Shown: positions 51,734-61,879, counted from the first letter of the stretch. The stretch: DNA of 64,000 nt from an uncultured Gammaproteobacteria bacterium (GCA_964559945.1 CAZLJY010000002.1:7856-71855), one strand, 5' to 3'. Notes: a model not told the origin generated them from the letters alone. Numbers and translations: made by a program.

Positions 51734-53361
51734 CGTTTCAGCCACTGCACCCAATCAGCCAGGCTTGGATCCACAGCGCTCAGGCCTTCTTCATTGGCCT
51801 GCAGGTGAGGCTCCACTGCCAAGGCCAACGTTTTACCCAACTCCACACCCCATTGGTCGAACGCATTGATATTCCATAGTACTGATTGAACGTAAACCCG
51901 ATGCTCATAGAGGGCTAGCAGCGCGCCCAAAGATCGTGGATCGAGGCGTTCCAACATGATGATGGTGCTCGGTCGGTCACCGGGGAAGGTCATGTGGGGA
52001 GCCAGAGCATCGGCTTGGGCCTGAGAGCGACCGGCGTCCAGTAGCTCCTTGCGGGTCTGGTCCTCACTCCTACCATGCAGCAATGCACTAGCCTGCCCCA
52101 GCAAATTGGCCATCAATTGCTGGTGATGCTCCGGGTAACCATGTTGCGGATCTCGCACCCCAATGAACTCCACCGGGGTTGGGCTTGTGCCCTGATGTAA
52201 CCATTGGAAGTAGGCGTGTTGACCGTCGGTTCCCACCCCACCCCAGACCAACGCACCAGAGTGGGACTGAAGGGACTGGCCGTTAATCGTCACCCGTTTG
52301 CCGCTACTTTCCATGTCCAGCTGCTGCAACCAGGCTGGCAACAAACTCAAACGGTTTGCGTAAGGGACCACTGCATAACTATTGTGGCCAGCAAAATTTC
52401 TATGCCAGGCGCCTAGCAATCCCAACTGAATTGGTAAATTATCTTCCAACGCTTCATTGAAAAAATGCGCGTCCATTTCTCCTGCGCCCGCCAACAGGGC
52501 ATCGTAACCGTCGCCGCCCAGCGCCACCGCAATCGGCAATCCCACAGCCGACCAGAGGGAATATCGGCCGCCAACCCAGTCCCACAGCGGCAACACGTTG
52601 TTTGGATCAACCCCAAAGGCCTTAGCCTTATCCACATTCGCGCTGGCAGCGATAAGGTGAGCTGACATATCAGCGTCTTCACCCAAAGCCTCCAGCAACC
52701 AACGCCGAGCGGTGGTGGCATTGGTCAGAGTCTCTCGGGTACCAAAACTCTTGGAAGTAACACAAAAAACGGTACTCGCCGGATTTAACGTGGCCAGCAG
52801 GTCGTTGATGGCCACCCCATCAATATTGGCAAGGAAATGAACCTTGACCGGCATCTGGTCGGACCGAATCAGCGCTTCGACCACCGCCCGAGGCCCAAGA
52901 TCGGAGCCACCGATGCCGATATTCACAAAATCGGTGATCACCTGTCCCGTTGAGCCTTTCCATTGCCCACTGCGCAGGCGCTTTGCAATGGCCAGCAACT
53001 GGCGCCGAGCTTCAGCAACCTGCTGGGTCACGCCAGCAGCGGCAGCACAGGAACTTAGGCGCAGTGCACTATGTAGTGCCGGCCGGCCTTCGGTGGGGTT
53101 AATCACCTCACCGTCGTGCATACGGCGCACAGCCTGAGGTAAATCGCAGCTCCTGGCCCAATCATTCAGTGATTGCCAGGCCAGGGCATCTAGGTTGTGA
53201 CGGGAAAAATCCACCCTTAGGCCAGCCGCCTGGCGAGTCATCGAGCAGGCGCGCTTAGGATCGTTAACGAATCGTGTTTTCAGGGATTGGTTTTGCAGTC
53301 TCTCAGCATGCTGCTGTAAATCCTTTAGAGCCTGGGTAACCGAGTTTTCTTTGTTATTCAT
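51730..53361 (-). CDS. pgi: Glucose-6-phosphate isomerase
   Basis: Motifs IGIGGSDLGPRAV, SKSFGTRETLTNA and GVGTDGQHAYFQWLHQG. I prefer the ATG at 53361 (MNNKENS). Confidence 0.95.
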   Translation of the reverse strand: MNNKENSVTQALKDLQQHAERLQNQSLKTRFVNDPKRACSMTRQAAGLRVDFSRHNLDALAWQSLNDWARSCDLPQAVRRMHDGEVINPTEGRPALHSALRLSSCAAAAGVTQQVAEARRQLLAIAKRLRSGQWKGSTGQVITDFVNIGIGGSDLGPRAVVEALIRSDQMPVKVHFLANIDGVAINDLLATLNPASTVFCVTSKSFGTRETLTNATTARRWLLEALGEDADMSAHLIAASANVDKAKAFGVDPNNVLPLWDWVGGRYSLWSAVGLPIAVALGGDGYDALLAGAGEMDAHFFNEALEDNLPIQLGLLGAWHRNFAGHNSYAVVPYANRLSLLPAWLQQLDMESSGKRVTINGQSLQSHSGALVWGGVGTDGQHAYFQWLHQGTSPTPVEFIGVRDPQHGYPEHHQQLMANLLGQASALLHGRSEDQTRKELLDAGRSQAQADALAPHMTFPGDRPSTIIMLERLDPRSLGALLALYEHRVYVQSVLWNINAFDQWGVELGKTLALAVEPHLQANEEGLSAVDPSLADWVQWLKR

Positions 53362-53488
53362 GGTGCAACGACCTAATTGCTCCACCCAGTTGATGATTCA
53401 ACGGCAATGGAACAGCTGAAGTTGGGATCAATAGATTTAATGGGCTGAATTGATGATCAGGCGTGGAGGAAAAACATTTCTGAGGCTG

Positions 53489-53525
53489 AAAAAAAACGCG
53501 CCCCCTCAACTTTCGAAGAGGGGGC
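53489..53525 (-). terminator. Rho-independent terminator about 245 nt downstream of panC
   Basis: The stem pairs GCCCCCTC (53500-07) with GAGGGGGC (53518-25). On the minus strand it is followed by an 8-nt T run (forward A-run 53489-53496). Confidence 0.75.
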
Positions 53526-53768
53526 AGAATCGGAGTGACGAATACCTTAAAACATTTGCGCCCTGCGCCTTGAGAAGCTTCGTGGGATGAAGAGAGGAAG
53601 CTCAATCTCTCAAGGACGGTTTAAGACTACCACTACAATCAGCAAAAAGCCAGCACATAAGCAACGTTTTGTCGCTTTTCCCCAACCTGTCTCTTTTTTG
53701 CAACAATTTTTGCGACTTTACGCCGGATTTGAGGCTATCACTAACAAAATCGGAGGTGCACATTGCCC

Positions 53769-54608
53769 TTATAACTGAATATTATCGATTAGCCGCGTCG
53801 TTTCCAAGGTCGCGGCGACCAAAATGACCCTGTCGTTGACACCAAAACCATCAGGGATAGATAACGTGTTTGCATCTCTCAGCTCTAAGTATTCAGGCTG
53901 AAATCCCGCACCTTCCAGCCTCTTGACCGCCGCCGACCTGAGACCCACCCAGTCAGCGGGGTCATCGCGTAACCTCGTCGCTAGAGATTGCAACGTCTGA
54001 TAAAGCTCACTGGCCCGGTTTTTCTGTTCCCCCGTCAGGTAGCCGTTGCGAGAACTCATTGCCAGCCCAGAGGGCTCCCTGGCAATAGGCGCCGCGTGGA
54101 TTTGAATGTCATAGGCCATTTCCGCGCACATCCGGCGCAAGGTCTGCAGTTGTTGATAGTCTTTTTGGCCAAAGACTGCGTGATCTGGCTGCACCGCATT
54201 GAACAATCGGGACACCACCGACGTGACCCCTCGGAAATGCCCAGGCCTGCTGGCATCACAAAGGCCTTCCCCCACCAACGGCACATCGACCGTCGTATAG
54301 GCTTCTAGTCCGTAAGGGTAAAGTTCAGTGTGGTCTGGCAGAAACACCCCGTCACACCCTCTAGCCTTGAGCTGAGCAAGGTCATCGACCAAGGTTCGTG
54401 GATAAGCAGCAAAATCTTCCCCAGGCCCAAATTGGGTTGGATTAACGAAAATACTTGCCACAGTTCGATCAGCAACAGTTTTTGCCAGATCGATCAACGA
54501 CAGATGCCCCTCGTGCAAATTACCCATGGTAGGCACCAAGGCAACAGGGCCACCTGCCCACTGAGCCCGTTGCTTTCTCAAAGCGGTCAGCGTCTTAAAT
54601 TCTTTCAC
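53769..54608 (-). CDS. panC: Pantoate--beta-alanine ligase
   Basis: Motifs PTMGNLHEGHLSLI, FVNPTQFGPGEDF and FGQKDYQQL. Confidence 0.95.
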   Translation of the reverse strand: MKEFKTLTALRKQRAQWAGGPVALVPTMGNLHEGHLSLIDLAKTVADRTVASIFVNPTQFGPGEDFAAYPRTLVDDLAQLKARGCDGVFLPDHTELYPYGLEAYTTVDVPLVGEGLCDASRPGHFRGVTSVVSRLFNAVQPDHAVFGQKDYQQLQTLRRMCAEMAYDIQIHAAPIAREPSGLAMSSRNGYLTGEQKNRASELYQTLQSLATRLRDDPADWVGLRSAAVKRLEGAGFQPEYLELRDANTLSIPDGFGVNDRVILVAATLETTRLIDNIQL

Positions 54609-55126
54609 AGAGCCTCCTGAGATCGCCTCACCAGACTTTGATCAGGACATCGTTTCAAGAGTTCGGCGACGCTAGTTTGAACATTTGGCAAAACAAAATT
54701 CGGCGCAATTTCTGCCCAGGGTTGCAACACAAAGCGACGTTCGGTCAACCTGGGGTGCGGAACGTGAAGGCCGGGTCGATTGATCTGCCGATCTCCTACG
54801 GCCAATAAATCCAAGTCGACGATACGATCTCCCCAGCGAACTTCCAACGCTCGGCGCCGTCCTAAGCTGTGCTCCACTGAGCTAAGCACGTCCAACAACT
54901 GATGGGCATCAAGGGTGGATCGATATTCTACAACGGCGTTAACAAAAGCAGTGGTCGTTTGCCCACCCCAGGGTTCTGAGTTATACCAAGATGACAAAGC
55001 CGTTGGCTCAACGCCTAGGCTGCGATTTAATTCGCCGATGGCACGGAGCAACACGGCCGGAGTGCCATCAAAATTGCCACCCAAGCCGACAAAAATTCGC
55101 TGCTGAGGATTTAACGGTCGCTTCAC
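54605..55126 (-). CDS. folK: 2-amino-4-hydroxy-6-hydroxymethyldihydropteridine diphosphokinase
   Basis: Motifs FVGLGGN, RWGDRIVDLDLL and VPHPRLTERRFVLQPWAEIAP. It overlaps panC by 4 nt. Confidence 0.9.
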   Translation of the reverse strand: MKRPLNPQQRIFVGLGGNFDGTPAVLLRAIGELNRSLGVEPTALSSWYNSEPWGGQTTTAFVNAVVEYRSTLDAHQLLDVLSSVEHSLGRRRALEVRWGDRIVDLDLLAVGDRQINRPGLHVPHPRLTERRFVLQPWAEIAPNFVLPNVQTSVAELLKRCPDQSLVRRSQEAL

Positions 55127-55161
55127 CTATATCGTTTTCAGACGCCCAGTCATCGCTGGAA

Positions 55162-56412
55162 TCAACTGCTGCCGCCGGAGCGGCGATTGGGCGGCGAGCT
55201 GAGCCATTGCTGACGCTCATCAGACGGTAACTCCTGCAACTTTGTCCAATACTCAGCCAACTCGTTTAATGAGGGGTCAGCCACGGCACGCAGTAACAGG
55301 AAGTCATAGGCGGCACGAAACCTGGGGTGGGCGTAAAGCCGCTGGGCACGCTTACCTCGACGAGACTTAAAGCGACCCTGTAACGACCAGATTTCCCGCA
55401 TCGGCACGCTGAAACGGCGGGGAATGGCGATTTGCCCAACCTGGCGAGAAATCACCCGATCAGCGGCTAGCTCAGCGGCAGGCAAGGGTTTCATGCCGTT
55501 TTGCTGATTGCGCGCTGCCCGTTGTTGCAGTCCAGGCCACAACAACACGGCAAATAAAAACGCCGGCGTGGTGGGTTTTCCTATGGCGATTCGCTCGTCA
55601 GTATTCGCCATACTGGCATTCATCATGGCCATTAAGCCCTCATCGGGCGCCGCATCCAGAGCAGGCACCAAATCGGGAAACAAATGCCCCAGCAAATTGT
55701 GTTTCATCAAACGGTCGAAACTTGCCTGTGAATGCCCCTTCATAAACAGCTTCAGCGATTCGTCAAATAATCGCGCTGCAGGCACATCGTCCAACAGATG
55801 ACCGAGCTCATTGACCGGAGCCAAGGTCGCCGGCTCCATCTCAAAATTCAGTTTGGCCGAAAAACGCACGGCACGAAGCAAGCGCACTGGATCTTCTCGA
55901 TACCTAGCAGCCGGTTCGCCGATCAACCTGAGGCGTTTTTGGGCAACGTCCTCAAAGCCCTGATGATAATCGTGAATGGTTTGGTCAGACGGGTCGAAGT
56001 ACATCGCATTTACACTGAAATCGCGACGGGCTGCATCCTCATTCATCGGCCCGTATACATTTTCAGTGATCAGCCTGCCAGTTTCGCTTTCATGGACCTT
56101 GCCATTGCCTCGAAAGGTAGCGACCTCAATGACATCGCGACCGAAATGCACGTGGGCCAGGCGAAAACGCCGCCCAATCAACCGACAATTTCGCTTGAAA
56201 ACGCCTTTGGCTTCCTCAGGAGTGGCATCGGTAGCAACGTCAAAATCTTTCGGCGTTAAGCCACAGAGGGCGTCTCGGATACAGCCACCCACCAGGAATG
56301 CGGCGAACCCGTCCTGTTGCAGGCGTCGCACAACCGATACGGCGCGTTGATCGAAGTCATCCGCGCTCAGACCGTGCTGATTTACGGGAATTATGTGTGC
56401 TTTTTTGGAGAT
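55162..56412 (-). CDS. pcnB: Poly(A) polymerase I; the true start is probably a non-canonical codon upstream of the first GTG
   Basis: Motifs FLVGGCIRDALCG...KDFDVAT. The frame stays open upstream of the GTG at 56331 back to the stop at 56416-18. It encodes KISKKAHIIPVNQHGLSADDFDQRAVSV, which matches the conserved PcnB N-terminus. No ATG, GTG or TTG occurs in that stretch. Confidence 0.85.
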   Translation of the reverse strand: MSKKAHIIPVNQHGLSADDFDQRAVSVVRRLQQDGFAAFLVGGCIRDALCGLTPKDFDVATDATPEEAKGVFKRNCRLIGRRFRLAHVHFGRDVIEVATFRGNGKVHESETGRLITENVYGPMNEDAARRDFSVNAMYFDPSDQTIHDYHQGFEDVAQKRLRLIGEPAARYREDPVRLLRAVRFSAKLNFEMEPATLAPVNELGHLLDDVPAARLFDESLKLFMKGHSQASFDRLMKHNLLGHLFPDLVPALDAAPDEGLMAMMNASMANTDERIAIGKPTTPAFLFAVLLWPGLQQRAARNQQNGMKPLPAAELAADRVISRQVGQIAIPRRFSVPMREIWSLQGRFKSRRGKRAQRLYAHPRFRAAYDFLLLRAVADPSLNELAEYWTKLQELPSDERQQWLSSPPNRRSGGSS

Positions 56413-56578
56413 CTTTTAAGCGCTTCAGCGGCTTTGGTGGCGCGTCATCGTATCAACGCCTCTTGCCGCACGGCAAGCCGCAGACGCCGTGAGTACTGAA
56501 TTTCGGTTCGACTCACAGGGTTTTACCTGCCTGCGCAAAATGCCAAAATAGCGACCTTCTTTCAAAACCAATGCCGCC

Positions 56579-56902
56579 ATGACCTTCGTAGTGACCGAAA
56601 GCTGTATCAAATGCAAACACACCACCTGCGTGGAGGTGTGTCCGGTAGATTGTTTCCACGAAGGTCCGAATTTTTTGGTGATTGACCCAGAAGAGTGCAT
56701 CGATTGCACCTTGTGCGAACCTGAATGCCCGGTAGATGCCATCTACCCGGAGGAAGATCTACCGGCAAACCAGGAAAAATTCACCGAACTAAATGCTGAA
56801 CTGTCCTTGCAATGGCCAGTGATTACCGAACGCAAGGACCCGCCCGAAGATTACGCCAAGTGGGAAGAAGTCAGCGAAAAAATTCACCTGCTGGAGCGCT
56901 GA
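56579..56902 (+). CDS. fdxA: 7Fe (3Fe-4S + 4Fe-4S) ferredoxin, FdxA type
   Basis: The sequence [55 protein letters not shown] carries the cysteine pattern of Azotobacter-type ferredoxin I. Confidence 0.93.
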   Translation: MTFVVTESCIKCKHTTCVEVCPVDCFHEGPNFLVIDPEECIDCTLCEPECPVDAIYPEEDLPANQEKFTELNAELSLQWPVITERKDPPEDYAKWEEVSEKIHLLER

Positions 56903-56930
56903 CTCCTATTTGAGCCGCGACTAGCGGACC

Positions 56931-57560
56931 TCAGCCTAAGCGGTCGCGCAACGGCACCAGCACGTCATCCAGCACTCGATCGGCCACTCGGCCCGGGTCT
57001 TTGCCAGTGACCTTAATCAGTGTGACCTCGTCGTTGTGGGACTGAACCACCAAATTGTACTTTCCGCTGTGATCGGCCGGCCCCTTCTTACGCAAAAACC
57101 AACGCGACAAAACGCCTGGGCGCTGGTCCCTAGCGGTTCGATCAACATAATTTATCTTATAGGAGCCAGACTCCTCATCCTGACTGTCTACATCCAGGCC
57201 CAGCCGATCTAATGCTAAGCCCAGACGCCGATAAACGCTGGTGGTCGTGTCACTCAAGGCCAAAAGCTGCTCACCGTCAATCTCTAGCAGCTTAACGCCC
57301 TCCAGATCAGCCAACGGATTTTCTTGCGTTTGGCTAACGCTGCTTCCTGCAACTGCCGAATAGGTGGCATCAGGAACCCGCAACGCCGCACTACTCTCAG
57401 GACTATCAAGGTCTGGTGGTATTTCCAGCGCTTGGCCAGGGTCAACCTTTTCGTAGGATGACTGCTTCGGAAATACCCCGCACCCGGAGAGAAGCAGCAG
57501 TAGCGCCGAGACACCGGCGATCGTCCAGTCGTGTTTTTTCATGGTTTTCATCGTTTTCAT
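56931..57560 (-). CDS. bamC: BamC (NlpB)-like outer-membrane lipoprotein, short form
   Basis: The lipobox is LLLLSGC. It sits immediately downstream of dapA, and the ATG at 57560 forms an ATGA overlap with the dapA stop. TSVYRRLGLALDRLGLDVDSQDEESGSYKINY and GKYNLVVQ resemble the BamC helix-grip domain. Confidence 0.55.
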   Translation of the reverse strand: MKTMKTMKKHDWTIAGVSALLLLLSGCGVFPKQSSYEKVDPGQALEIPPDLDSPESSAALRVPDATYSAVAGSSVSQTQENPLADLEGVKLLEIDGEQLLALSDTTTSVYRRLGLALDRLGLDVDSQDEESGSYKINYVDRTARDQRPGVLSRWFLRKKGPADHSGKYNLVVQSHNDEVTLIKVTGKDPGRVADRVLDDVLVPLRDRLG

Positions 57561-58459
57561 GTCCCCGTCCATTGGGCGAGTGAATTATCTAATAAGTCCT
57601 TAAGGACCTGTTCTGTGTCGGCGCAAGCAGGCATCAACGGCAATGCCAACTGGGGCTCAATGAGCCCAAGGTAGTTTAGTGCAGCTTTCACCGGAATGGG
57701 ATTCGGCTCTCTCATCAGCGCTTCGTGCAGCGGCGCCAGTAATTGGTCAATCGCCGACGCCTGGGTATTTTGGCCAGCCAAAGAGAACTTCACCAGTTCT
57801 GCCATCGCCGCAGGCACCACATTGGCGGTCACAGATATAACGCCCCTAGCACCATGAGACATTGCTTCACGGGCGCTGGCATCGTCCCCGCTTAGGACCA
57901 CAAAATCCCTGGAAGTTCCCTCAACCAGCGTCTTTACCCGAGACATATCAGCCAGAGCTTCTTTGATTCCCACGATATTTTCGTGTTGGCTAAGGCTAAT
58001 GGTGGTGCTTGCCTCAAGATCCAAGGCCGTTCGCGCAGGTACGTTGTACAGAATAACCGGGATCTGGGCTTTATCAGCCAATGTCTGGAAATGTGAGGCT
58101 AAGCCTTGCTGGGTGGTTTTCAGGTAATAAGGGGTAACACACAGCAAAGCGTCAGCGCCGCCGACCTGTGCTTTGTCAATTTGTTCCAGACATTTAGCTG
58201 TGGCGGGTGAACCAATGCCCGCTATTAAACGAACATCTGCCCCCCGCAAGGTTTCTCGAGCAACCCCAAGGGCAGTTTCGAACATGGAAACCGTCAGCGC
58301 CGCACCCTCACCAGTGGTACCAGCAATCACGATGCCGCTGGTTCCGGCACTGATTTGGCGCGCGATGAGATTTCGCAATGCAGCCGAATCTAACTGGCCC
58401 TTAGCGTCCAGAGGCGAAACGATCGCAACAATGCTGCCACTGAAACAGTGTGAATCCAT
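57557..58459 (-). CDS. dapA: 4-hydroxy-tetrahydrodipicolinate synthase
   Basis: Motifs FSGSIVAIVSPLD, GTTGEGAALT, YNVPARTA and the K in GIKEA. I prefer the ATG at 58459. Confidence 0.95.
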   Translation of the reverse strand: MDSHCFSGSIVAIVSPLDAKGQLDSAALRNLIARQISAGTSGIVIAGTTGEGAALTVSMFETALGVARETLRGADVRLIAGIGSPATAKCLEQIDKAQVGGADALLCVTPYYLKTTQQGLASHFQTLADKAQIPVILYNVPARTALDLEASTTISLSQHENIVGIKEALADMSRVKTLVEGTSRDFVVLSGDDASAREAMSHGARGVISVTANVVPAAMAELVKFSLAGQNTQASAIDQLLAPLHEALMREPNPIPVKAALNYLGLIEPQLALPLMPACADTEQVLKDLLDNSLAQWTGT

Positions 58460-58603
58460 GAATGTCCGATGTTTTGGAAGACACGCATGGTACTTGAGCC
58501 ACTCAGCCCCGAACAAGGGGCATAAATGACATTGCTGCTTGCCTGCTGTGATGATCCGGATAAACTCATCCCATCAAACAGCAATTTGGGCAAACCTACC
58601 TTC

Positions 58604-59068
58604 ATGATTGAACTGGGCAAAGTCGTACCAGATTTTAAGGCTGACGCCACCGGCGATCAGATCATCCAACTGAAGAAACTGCGTGGTCAGAACGTGGTGA
58701 TCTACTTTTACCCTAAGGACAACACCCCTGGGTGCACACGGGAAAGTCAGGAATTCAGGGATCTATCTGGCAAATTCAAGAAAGCTAACACCGTCATTCT
58801 TGGCGTTTCCAGAGATAGCCTGAAATCCCATGACAAATTCCGCGAAAAGCAGGCCTTGAACTTTGACCTATTGTCCGACGGCGACGAAAAACTCTGCCAA
58901 GCCTTTGACGTCATTAAAGAAAAAAACATGTACGGGCGAAAGGTTATGGGGATTGAACGAAGCACCTTCCTGATCGATGCCAAAGGCAAACTGCATGCTC
59001 AGTGGCGCAAAGTTCGAGTCCCAGGTCACGTAGAAGCAGTACTTGAAGCAGCCCAGGAGCTTAGCTGA
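58604..59068 (+). CDS. bcp: Thiol peroxidase Bcp (peroxiredoxin Q type)
   Basis: Motifs VPDFKA...VVIYFYPKDNTPGCTRES...ILGVSRDS. I prefer the ATG at 58604 (MIELGKV). Confidence 0.92.
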   Translation: MIELGKVVPDFKADATGDQIIQLKKLRGQNVVIYFYPKDNTPGCTRESQEFRDLSGKFKKANTVILGVSRDSLKSHDKFREKQALNFDLLSDGDEKLCQAFDVIKEKNMYGRKVMGIERSTFLIDAKGKLHAQWRKVRVPGHVEAVLEAAQELS

Positions 59069-59144
59069 CCGCGATCCGATGCTATGGCGATCGATTCGCC
59101 GCAACGCCAGTCCCCTCCGCTTACTCTGACAGGATCCCTCACTA

Positions 59145-60572
59145 ATGAGCCGGGATAAACGCCTTTACGTTTTAGATACCAACGTGCTGATGCACGATCC
59201 CACCGCATTGTTTCGATTCCAAGAGCACGACGTTTTCTTGCCAATGATGGTGCTCGAGGAACTGGATGCCGCGAAAAAAGGGATGTCCGAGGTTTCTCGA
59301 AATGTGCGACAGGTCAGCCGGTTTTTAAGTGAACTCATCGAATCCCACGACGGCGACATTAGCGCTGGGATTGAACTTCGCCAGCCCCAAGACCTCAATC
59401 TCGACCTGAGCGGCGAACGTGGCCAGTTATTTTTTCAAACCCGCAAGCCTTCCGGAGAAGAACCGGGCGCTGATCACAATCCAGAGGCGCAATCTCACGC
59501 CAGCAATGGACGGCTGCCCGACAACCAAATCCTGTCTGCCGCACTCCAAGAACGGACCCAGCGCGGCTGCGACACAGTGCTGGTGTCCAAAGATATCAAT
59601 TTACGCATTAAGGCCTCGATTGCCGGATTGACCGCAGAGGATTATCAGAACGATCGGGCGCTGGACGACTTATCCCTACTCTACGGCGGTACCAGCGAGG
59701 TCGAAAACGAGCTATGGGGCATGGATGAAAACCTCAAATCTTGGACCGAGGGCGCGCAGACTTATTACCAAGTTCGCACTGACGACGACCATGGCTGGTA
59801 CCCCAACCAATGCCTCTATACCGCTGGTGGGGCGAGCACCGAAGCAGTTGTGGAATCGGTGGCCGACGATAACCGCGTTCAGCTGCGTATCGCCACCGAT
59901 TATCGCAACGAAAACCAAAACGTCTGGGGCATTACTGCACGCAACCGGGAACAGAACTTCGCCCTCAATTTGTTGCTCGATGACAACATCGACTTTGTCA
60001 CGCTACTAGGCACCGCAGGCACCGGGAAAACCTTGCTATCACTGGCGGCCGGGCTGACTCAGACTCTGGAGCACAAACGGTACTCAGAAATCATCATGAC
60101 TCGAGCAACCGTGCCTGTGGGTGAAGACATTGGCTTCCTACCCGGCACCGAAGAAGAGAAAATGACGCCGTGGATGGGCGCGCTTACTGACAATTTAGAG
60201 GTGCTCACCGGCAGTGGCGAACCCGGCGAATGGGGACGGGCTGCCACTAACGATCTGCTAGCCAGTCGGATCAAGATCCGCTCCATGAATTTCATGCGCG
60301 GACGTACCTTTCTGAACCGTTACGTCATCATCGATGAAGCGCAAAACCTCACCCCAAAACAAATGAAAACCTTACTGACCCGAGCCGGGCCCGGCACCAA
60401 GATGATTTGCCTGGGCAATGTGGAGCAAATCGACACCCCCTACTTGACGGAGACCACATCCGGACTGACCTTTGCCGTAGACCGATTCAAACCCTGGCAA
60501 CATAGTGGACATATCACGCTGCGGAGGGGCGAACGCTCTAGACTGGCTGACTTCGCGTCAGAAACCCTATAA
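59145..60572 (+). CDS. PhoH-family ATPase with an N-terminal PIN domain (YlaK-like)
   Basis: The PIN region is LYVLDTNVLMHDP...LEELD. The P-loop is LLGTAGTGKTLLSLAAG, Walker B is VIIDEAQNL, and there is a PhoH C-terminal region. Confidence 0.88.
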   Translation: MSRDKRLYVLDTNVLMHDPTALFRFQEHDVFLPMMVLEELDAAKKGMSEVSRNVRQVSRFLSELIESHDGDISAGIELRQPQDLNLDLSGERGQLFFQTRKPSGEEPGADHNPEAQSHASNGRLPDNQILSAALQERTQRGCDTVLVSKDINLRIKASIAGLTAEDYQNDRALDDLSLLYGGTSEVENELWGMDENLKSWTEGAQTYYQVRTDDDHGWYPNQCLYTAGGASTEAVVESVADDNRVQLRIATDYRNENQNVWGITARNREQNFALNLLLDDNIDFVTLLGTAGTGKTLLSLAAGLTQTLEHKRYSEIIMTRATVPVGEDIGFLPGTEEEKMTPWMGALTDNLEVLTGSGEPGEWGRAATNDLLASRIKIRSMNFMRGRTFLNRYVIIDEAQNLTPKQMKTLLTRAGPGTKMICLGNVEQIDTPYLTETTSGLTFAVDRFKPWQHSGHITLRRGERSRLADFASETL

Positions 60573-60598
60573 CGACAGGTCCTAAGCCCTAACTTCTG

Positions 60599-61720
60599 CT
60601 AAGCCTGTGCGCCGGACTCAGCCGGACCGGACTGAACGACTTCGTCGCTATCTGACAACGCCTCGTTCGCCGCCATTTGCCCGGTGCGGATCGCACGCAG
60701 CAACGCACTGCTCAAGGTGGCCAGAGGAATCGCAAAGAACACGCCCCAGAAGCCCCAAATTCCACCGAACAACAACACCGAAACAATAATCGCCACAGGA
60801 TGCAGGTCCACCACCTCGGAGAACAACAATGGAACCAGAGCATTGCCATCAAGCATTTGAATGATTCCGTAGGCACCTAAAATCCAAGCAAACTGACTGG
60901 TCCAACCAAACTGATAAAACGCCACAATGGCCACCGGAAGCGTGACCACCGCCGCACCGATATAAGGCACAAGAACAGAAAAGCCGACTAGGGTTGCCAA
61001 CAGCGCGGCAAACTGCAGATCGAGAAATCTGAAGGTCACAAAGCTCACCACGCCTACCAGAAAAATCTCAAGGGCCTTGCCGCGAACGTAGTTGCCTAGT
61101 TGCACATCAACCTCATGCCAGACCGATATCGCTAGATGTCGATCTTTGGGCAAAAACTGCTGGAACCAGCCGATCAGTTGGTGCTTATCCTTCATCAGAA
61201 AAAAGACCAAAATAGGGACCAAGACCAAGAAGACCAGCAGGGTTATCACGCCACTGATGGATGCCAGAGTTTGGGTGACAAGCCCCTGACCTGCCTCGCC
61301 TAGCTGATCGCCTAAGGACCCCATAAAACTATTGATCTGCTCTGGACTGATCAACTCGGGGTACTTTTCTGGCAAGGTTTCAATGGTGGTCTGCAATCGA
61401 TTAATGAAGGCAGGTACCTGTTGCACCAACTGGGTGACCTGACGGGTCAACAGCGGCACGATGCCGAAAAACATGATCATTAGGCTGGCAACAAAGACCA
61501 AGAAGACTAGCGAAACCACCAGCAACCTTGGCAAACCAAACCCTTCCAGACGAACAACCAACCCCTCAAGCAGGTAAGCGATCACCAGGGCTGCAAATAA
61601 CGGTGCGAGAATGTCGCCGAACGCCCAAACCGCTATGACTCCCAGTAGCACCAGCGCCATCAGGATGAACACCTGGGGGTTGGAAAAACGCCGCACAAAC
61701 CATTCGCGGAGGAGCTGCAT
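60599..61720 (-). CDS. AI-2E family transporter (PerM/YhhT-like permease)
   Basis: 373 aa with about 8 TM segments. The characteristic C-terminal part reads GGIWGFWGVFFAIPLATL. Confidence 0.85.
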   Translation of the reverse strand: MQLLREWFVRRFSNPQVFILMALVLLGVIAVWAFGDILAPLFAALVIAYLLEGLVVRLEGFGLPRLLVVSLVFLVFVASLMIMFFGIVPLLTRQVTQLVQQVPAFINRLQTTIETLPEKYPELISPEQINSFMGSLGDQLGEAGQGLVTQTLASISGVITLLVFLVLVPILVFFLMKDKHQLIGWFQQFLPKDRHLAISVWHEVDVQLGNYVRGKALEIFLVGVVSFVTFRFLDLQFAALLATLVGFSVLVPYIGAAVVTLPVAIVAFYQFGWTSQFAWILGAYGIIQMLDGNALVPLLFSEVVDLHPVAIIVSVLLFGGIWGFWGVFFAIPLATLSSALLRAIRTGQMAANEALSDSDEVVQSGPAESGAQA

Positions 61721-61879
61721 CAGATTCCTTTAGCTTTACGCAGTCGAAGGGCGCCGCGTTTCCAACCTATGAGACCGCAATTTTCTGCAGTTCACAAGGC
61801 ACATTTGCACCACGGTTTATCGGTTCTGACGATCAGAAGGACAAATTGGGTATTAACGCCGCGGCAAGGCGCTAAATCG

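Noticed and set aside
56425-56742. A 105-aa minus-strand ORF upstream of pcnB
   Set aside because: It is in a different frame from pcnB and antisense to the clearly real ferredoxin gene fdxA (56579-56902).
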